From Azolla caroliniana (Eukaryota; Plantae; Polypodiophyta), in NCBI GenBank assembly GCA_043228905.1, contig JBHGNT010000004.1, positions 20,956,001 through 21,020,000 of the forward strand: DNA of 64,000 nt. The letters run 5' to 3'. The position numbers and the translations under genes were made by a program. The notes under the pieces are model-generated. The model was not told the origin of the DNA. It made no database searches and saw only the letters and a program-made list of their open reading frames with translations. Within the stretch, counting starts at the first letter, position 1. Each line of letters opens with the position of its first letter. Below, in pieces: positions 59,087 to 64,000 of the stretch.

Positions 59087-61661
59087 TGTCGTGAAGAAAA
59101 CAGTCCCTAGACGGAAACCGGGTATAACGTGCGTAAACCGGCCCTTACATGTGGGCACAAATTTTGTTGTATAGTACGTAGATAGGTACAAGTCGGCTGA
59201 GGTGAAATCCTAGGTAGCACACATTCATTTGGGAGAAAATCAAGGCGTATCCCTATCCGAAAGGATAGGGAATAAACATGATGTAACGGGTGGTAACGTC
59301 CTCCCTCCTTGGGCTATAAAGAGAGGGAGAGGTATTGTGCAAGGGGATCGCGTTTTGGGGAGGAGAAAGTGTTGCCGAACTGGAACCGAGTTCTTCTCCT
59401 CTGTCTTCTCCATAGTCGTTATGTGCAGGTTTTCGGGAGGCTGACTCTGCTCCGCGGAACACCAGAGTGCTTCCAGCAGAGTCTCCATCTCGCGTTCTGT
59501 GCATGTGTGTGTGTGTGTGCAGGCGTCAGAGCCTATCACTCACCGGCTTGCCGGTTGTAACTCCTCGATTTATATATATACATTCATTCTGTCTCCATCG
59601 TTCGGAGTTAGTTGCAACTCCTATGAATCTATGTTTCTGTACACGTGTGGGGTACATCGGTAGTTTCCTTCCCCTCTTCTCATTCGGTTATTTCTCGGTC
59701 CAAGGCCTCCGTGGTCCCGCCTCGTTCTCCGCACATGCGACATATTTGGTGAACCCGACGTGAACAAGGGGCAGAAGAATAGAAAGATGAGAGGGTCTCG
59801 TAACAATGCGACATATTTGGTGAACCCGACATGAACAAGCGACAGAAGAATAGAAAGATGAGAGGGTCGGATCTTGCAGAAGCCATGGCTTCAGCTGTGG
59901 ATCGGATAGTGAGTGCACATGAAGGCATAGGCGCCCTCGATAGGGCTATTGAAGCAGTCGTCTGCACGATAGGCCGGTTTGCTGGGAAGGACGCCACGAG
60001 CTATTTGGAGGCTTACCGAGCCGAAATGGTGATGAGGGACATCCCGGAGGACAGGTGACTGGCAGGATCCCCTTGGGTGGTGATGTCGGGCATCCACGCG
60101 GAGGTGCTTGAGGTACGGGCTGAGAGTCGGACCTCGGAAGAGTTTGAAGGTCGGCTCCTTGAAAAATACATGCTTGATGACGCGCTTCGGCTATCAAAGC
60201 GGAACTTCATAGAATGGGTGGAGACCCCCGAAAAGGGGAGTTTGAAGAACGCTTCACACATCTTTTAGCGCTGGACTGGACCATACTGGACACAAGTCGT
60301 GTCCTATTGTTCGTTAGATCGGTGGACGTAAGGGACCGGGAGCAAGTGGGCTTCCTGCTGGAGACCGATGACGGCCTACCAACCGACTGGGCCGTGGTAA
60401 AGAGAGTCTACGGCCGTTTTGACAAACAACGTGAGTGGGTCGATAAAGGCTTGACGGGGGCAGGTTCTATTGCGACAAGGAAGGTCGAGGTACCCCCACC
60501 GGCGCCAAGGGAAGAGACCCGAGACTGGCTTGAGACCAGCTCGACTTCGACCAACATGGTCAAAGGCTCGTCCGGAGGAGCGGCTCTAGAGGAGCTGACT
60601 CAGATGGTGAGGGACCTCCAGATTGCACAAGCACGGAGGGACGGTGGCAAACAAGTCCGTGACCGAAGGCCTTCGGCTGGGAATCGGTGCTTGTAGTGCG
60701 ATGCGGTCGGCCACGCCCGAAAGGAGTACGGGGACTTCGCTGAAGCAATAAGAGCTAACGTGGTGTACCTATGGAACAGTCGGGTGCACGCTAGCGAGAC
60801 CCAAAGGGCCCTGGTACTGAATGTCGAACGAGGGGGTATGAAACGGCTCATGGAAGAAGCGGCGACTCGCCACGCGGAGACCGTCCACTACTCAACGTTA
60901 GCTAGAGTCTGGGTCGGAAGTGATGAAGTCCGAAAGACGAAGGAAGCTGGATTCTGGCTATTGATGCTGGAAGGCCTCACCAGAGTACGGCTAAGGAAAG
61001 AGGAAGCAGACCGCACGGAAAGACGGGTCTGGGAGGCAACCGGGTGGAGTGATCCGGTCGAAGAGAAGACGGGCTTCGTTGAAGCCGCTTGCCAAAACTA
61101 CGAGGTTCTGGTGGAGGACAAGCATGCGGGTAAACACCGGAGGGGCCAGACCCTCACAATGGTATGAGACCCGGTTCAGGGTCGGGTGCGACCGGTGCAC
61201 CGGATAAAGCCAAGAGGGCCTGGTACCGATTAAGCAAGGAGATTGAGAGGACTATGGACCTGCGACAGGTCCTCGAGGAACGTATCCTCGACAACAAATT
61301 GGAGCTATCACTGAGGGAAGTGCTCGGAATCGCCAAGAAGGAGTTCCACGACTCCATCGTGGACTTGGTGAAGCGGAAAAGGCTTTCAACAGATACAGAG
61401 CCGGAGAAGCCGGTGGAGGTGCGAACGACGCACCTAGAAGACATGGCTCTAGAATATGAGTTGGCGGAGAGCCACTATTCAAGGCCATATTGGGCCAGAG
61501 CAACCATGGAGACCCTCGTTAAGATCGGACATGTTCAGGAGCCGGTGGTGGCGTTGGTGGACCACGGTTCAGAAATCAACTTGATGTCCATGGACTTCTA
61601 CAAGAAGGGGAAGTGGCCGATCAACACCAAGCATGGGTGGAAAATACGGGCAACAACGCGT
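59087..61661 (+). mobile_element. Element H: tRNA-Trp-primed gypsy element with gag and protease (autonomous-type), interrupted by I
   Basis: LTR 59087-59742, PBS at 59747 and again at 59818. IGRFAGKDATSYLEAYRAEM, a degenerate knuckle near 60690, and ALVDHGSEINLMS (PR). Confidence 0.85.
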
Positions 61662-64000
61662 TGTCGTGAAGATTTTCGTCCTTAGGCGGAAACCCGAGCG
61701 AAGCAAGCAAACTCGCGATGTGCAACGTTGCACATCAACATGTTGTATTTCTATTTATCGATAGTGATAAGTATGGTGCTAGAAATGCACCTTAGGATTT
61801 GTAAAGTGTAAAGGTGATGTGCTTTTGCGCGCACATCCACGTGAGAGAGAGAGATAGGTACATAGTAGTTCGTGTAGAGGTGGGAGTTAAGACCCATCCT
61901 TCCCACCTCCCCTAAAATCAAGGGAAATATCCCCATTGATTGAAAGGGGATATTTTGTAGCACCCTTTTTGTAAACGGTCTTCTCTCCTTGTGCTATAAA
62001 AGGAGAGGAAGAGCACCATTGTGGGGGTTGCCTATTTTGAGTGCGAAAGGTATACCACATAGGACGAGCGTTAGGTTTAGGCTTTCTTTCTTCTTCGTCG
62101 GATTAGGGTTTCGGGTTTATCATAGTCGTTTGGTGCGGCCTACGCGGCCGCCATTTTGTAATCGGTTTTCGGTTCTAATATATCTTGTTGAGCATTTGGC
62201 CTCCATCTTCCTCTTGTTCATTCTTCCTCTTCTTGTGCTAAGCTCCATTCCGAAGTCCTATTCCTTCTCCCCTTCTCCTTAGTCCAAGACCCCCGTGGTT
62301 CCGCCCTTCTCCACGCACGCGCGTAACAAACGTGACATCTTTGGTGAACCCGACGTGAAGGGCGGCAAGGGAGAAAGAGATGGAAGAAGGCTTCGACTTC
62401 GAGGAGATGATGACAAAGATCTTGATGGACGCCGGACGGAAGAGGGCGAGGCGAGAGGCGGCTCAACAAGCGGTCGAAAGGGTGGTCCGTCTAGTCGGCC
62501 GGTTCGATGGGAAGGAGGTCCCAAAATTTTTGAGAGCCTACGATGCGGAAATGACGGGGATGGGCGTGGACGAAGCGACGAGGCTAGAGTTCTTTCGTCG
62601 AGCGGCGGCCGCATCAAAGTACGAGGAGGTCAAGGAGCTCCAAGAAGCTCACGAATCGTGGGAGTCCTTTGAAGGGGCTCTAATGGAGGCATACGGGTGC
62701 GCGGAATCGGAGGTAAGAGGTCGGCGAGAGTTCGATCGGTGGATGGCGTCGGCGAGGCGCCATCGGAGCGCAATAGAGGCATTCCGAGAGTTCGAGCGTC
62801 GTTTCTCTCAACTCTCGGAGTGAGAACGAAGATCGGTGGGGGCGGACAAAGTCCTCCTATTTTTGAAGACGGTCCATCATGAGGAGAGGATGGACATCAT
62901 GTTCGAGCTTCAAGACGATTATGGGGCGCATGGTCTCACCGAGGAGTGGCCCGAAGTAGAACGGGTGTGCCGACAACATGATAAGAGGTGGTCGGCCACA
63001 ACACGACCCGCGAGCGGCGGAGAAGAGAGGGCGGTGGGCGGCTACACACCACCGCCGGAAGAGAGCTCGATGCACGACCAACCGGAGGAGTACGACTTCG
63101 AGGCGTTGGTATGGGAGGCGTGCGAGATCGTGACGGCGAAAATCGAGGCCGGAAGGGCGTACGACGGTGACATGGGAGAGGGTGCGGAGCAAGCGACCCT
63201 CTTGCCTTGCGGTGAAGCGACGGCCATGGAGGCCGGTAACTACGGTTTCGGGACACGGTGGCCCGAAACATCGAGTCGGGAGGAGACGAGCGTCGGTCTC
63301 GCGACCTTCCACACACCGGACCTAGAGGCTTCGGCGGTCGGCCCGAGTGCCGGCACGAGACCTAGAGCTACGGACGGTGGCGGCGGCAAGGCGGACAACC
63401 GAGATGAGGACGAGACCGGCGAAGAAGAGGCGGCGGCAAGCATACTCGATGCTTGCGAAACCGAAGACGGGGTAGCCACGGACGACGATGTCCGAATGGA
63501 GGTGGCTACGGACGAGAGGAGTGGTGGTGTCGCGACCTTCCACACACCGGTCCTAGAGACTCCGGCACCCGGCCCGAGAGCCGGCGAGAGGCCTAGAGTG
63601 ACGGGCGGTGGCGGCGGCAAGGCGGGCAACCGAAACGACGACGACATGGGAGAGGGTGCGGAGCGAGCAACCCTCTCGTCTTGCGGCGAATGGACGGCCA
63701 AGGATGAGGCCGGTGACTACAAAGCGGAGAGCGCCACTTCGAAAGTGGGCGGAAGATTCGGGGCACGGCGGCCCAAAACATCGAGCGGAGAGGAGGCGAG
63801 CGGTGGTGCCGCGACCTTCCACACACCGGCCCTAGAGGCTTCGGCGGTCGGCCCGAGTGCCGGCACGAGACCTGGAACGACGGGCGGTGGCGGCGGCAAG
63901 GCGGGCAAACAAAATGATGCGGAGAACGGCGAAGAAGTGGTGGTGGCAAGCATACTAGAGGCTTACGGAATCGGAGATGGGGGAGCCGCGGACAACGACG
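61662..64000 (+). mobile_element. Element I: tRNA-Trp-primed element similar to B, running off the window end
   Basis: LTR 61662-62337, PBS 62342-62359, gag from 62380 (stop at 62821), then the same SGG..TFHTP.LE repeats as in B. Confidence 0.88.

Overview
This is eukaryotic plant DNA. The element types and AT-rich spacers suggest a bryophyte/moss-like genome (inference). Almost the whole window is a nest of retrotransposons; no intact host gene, rRNA, complete tRNA or CRISPR array is seen. Reconstruction from left to right: a decayed L1-type LINE (1-1390, 30201-30751, 32621-32775) is split by a minus-strand non-chromovirus Ty3/gypsy element T (1391-30200). T contains two nested solo LTRs (5304-7076 > 5796-6348), a tRNA-Trp-primed gag-only element A (7876-23880) and a copia solo LTR (24973-25693). 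A in turn carries gag-only element B (9063-13764) and chromovirus C (16044-21672). To the right are non-coding self-priming elements D and E, a ~650-bp-arm inverted repeat, a LINE ORF1 fragment, a young intact copia (37175-42506), chromovirus F holding copia G and a solo LTR, a decayed GH1 beta-glucosidase pseudogene, and further Trp-primed elements H and I. The most striking observations are: (1) T has no polypurine tract; a copy of a mature tRNA-Arg-like 3' end (...GGGCGTG-CCA) abuts its 3' LTR instead, suggesting tRNA-type priming of both strands. (2) All seven insertions of the TGTCGT...GACA LTR family sit on 4-bp targets centred on CpG (one now TG). (3) LTRs of unrelated families carry antisense tRNA-like A-box/B-box modules in U3. 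(4) Tf1-like self-priming and heat-shock elements are shared by the chromovirus and its non-coding satellites. Coordinates were counted by eye and may be off by a few bases.
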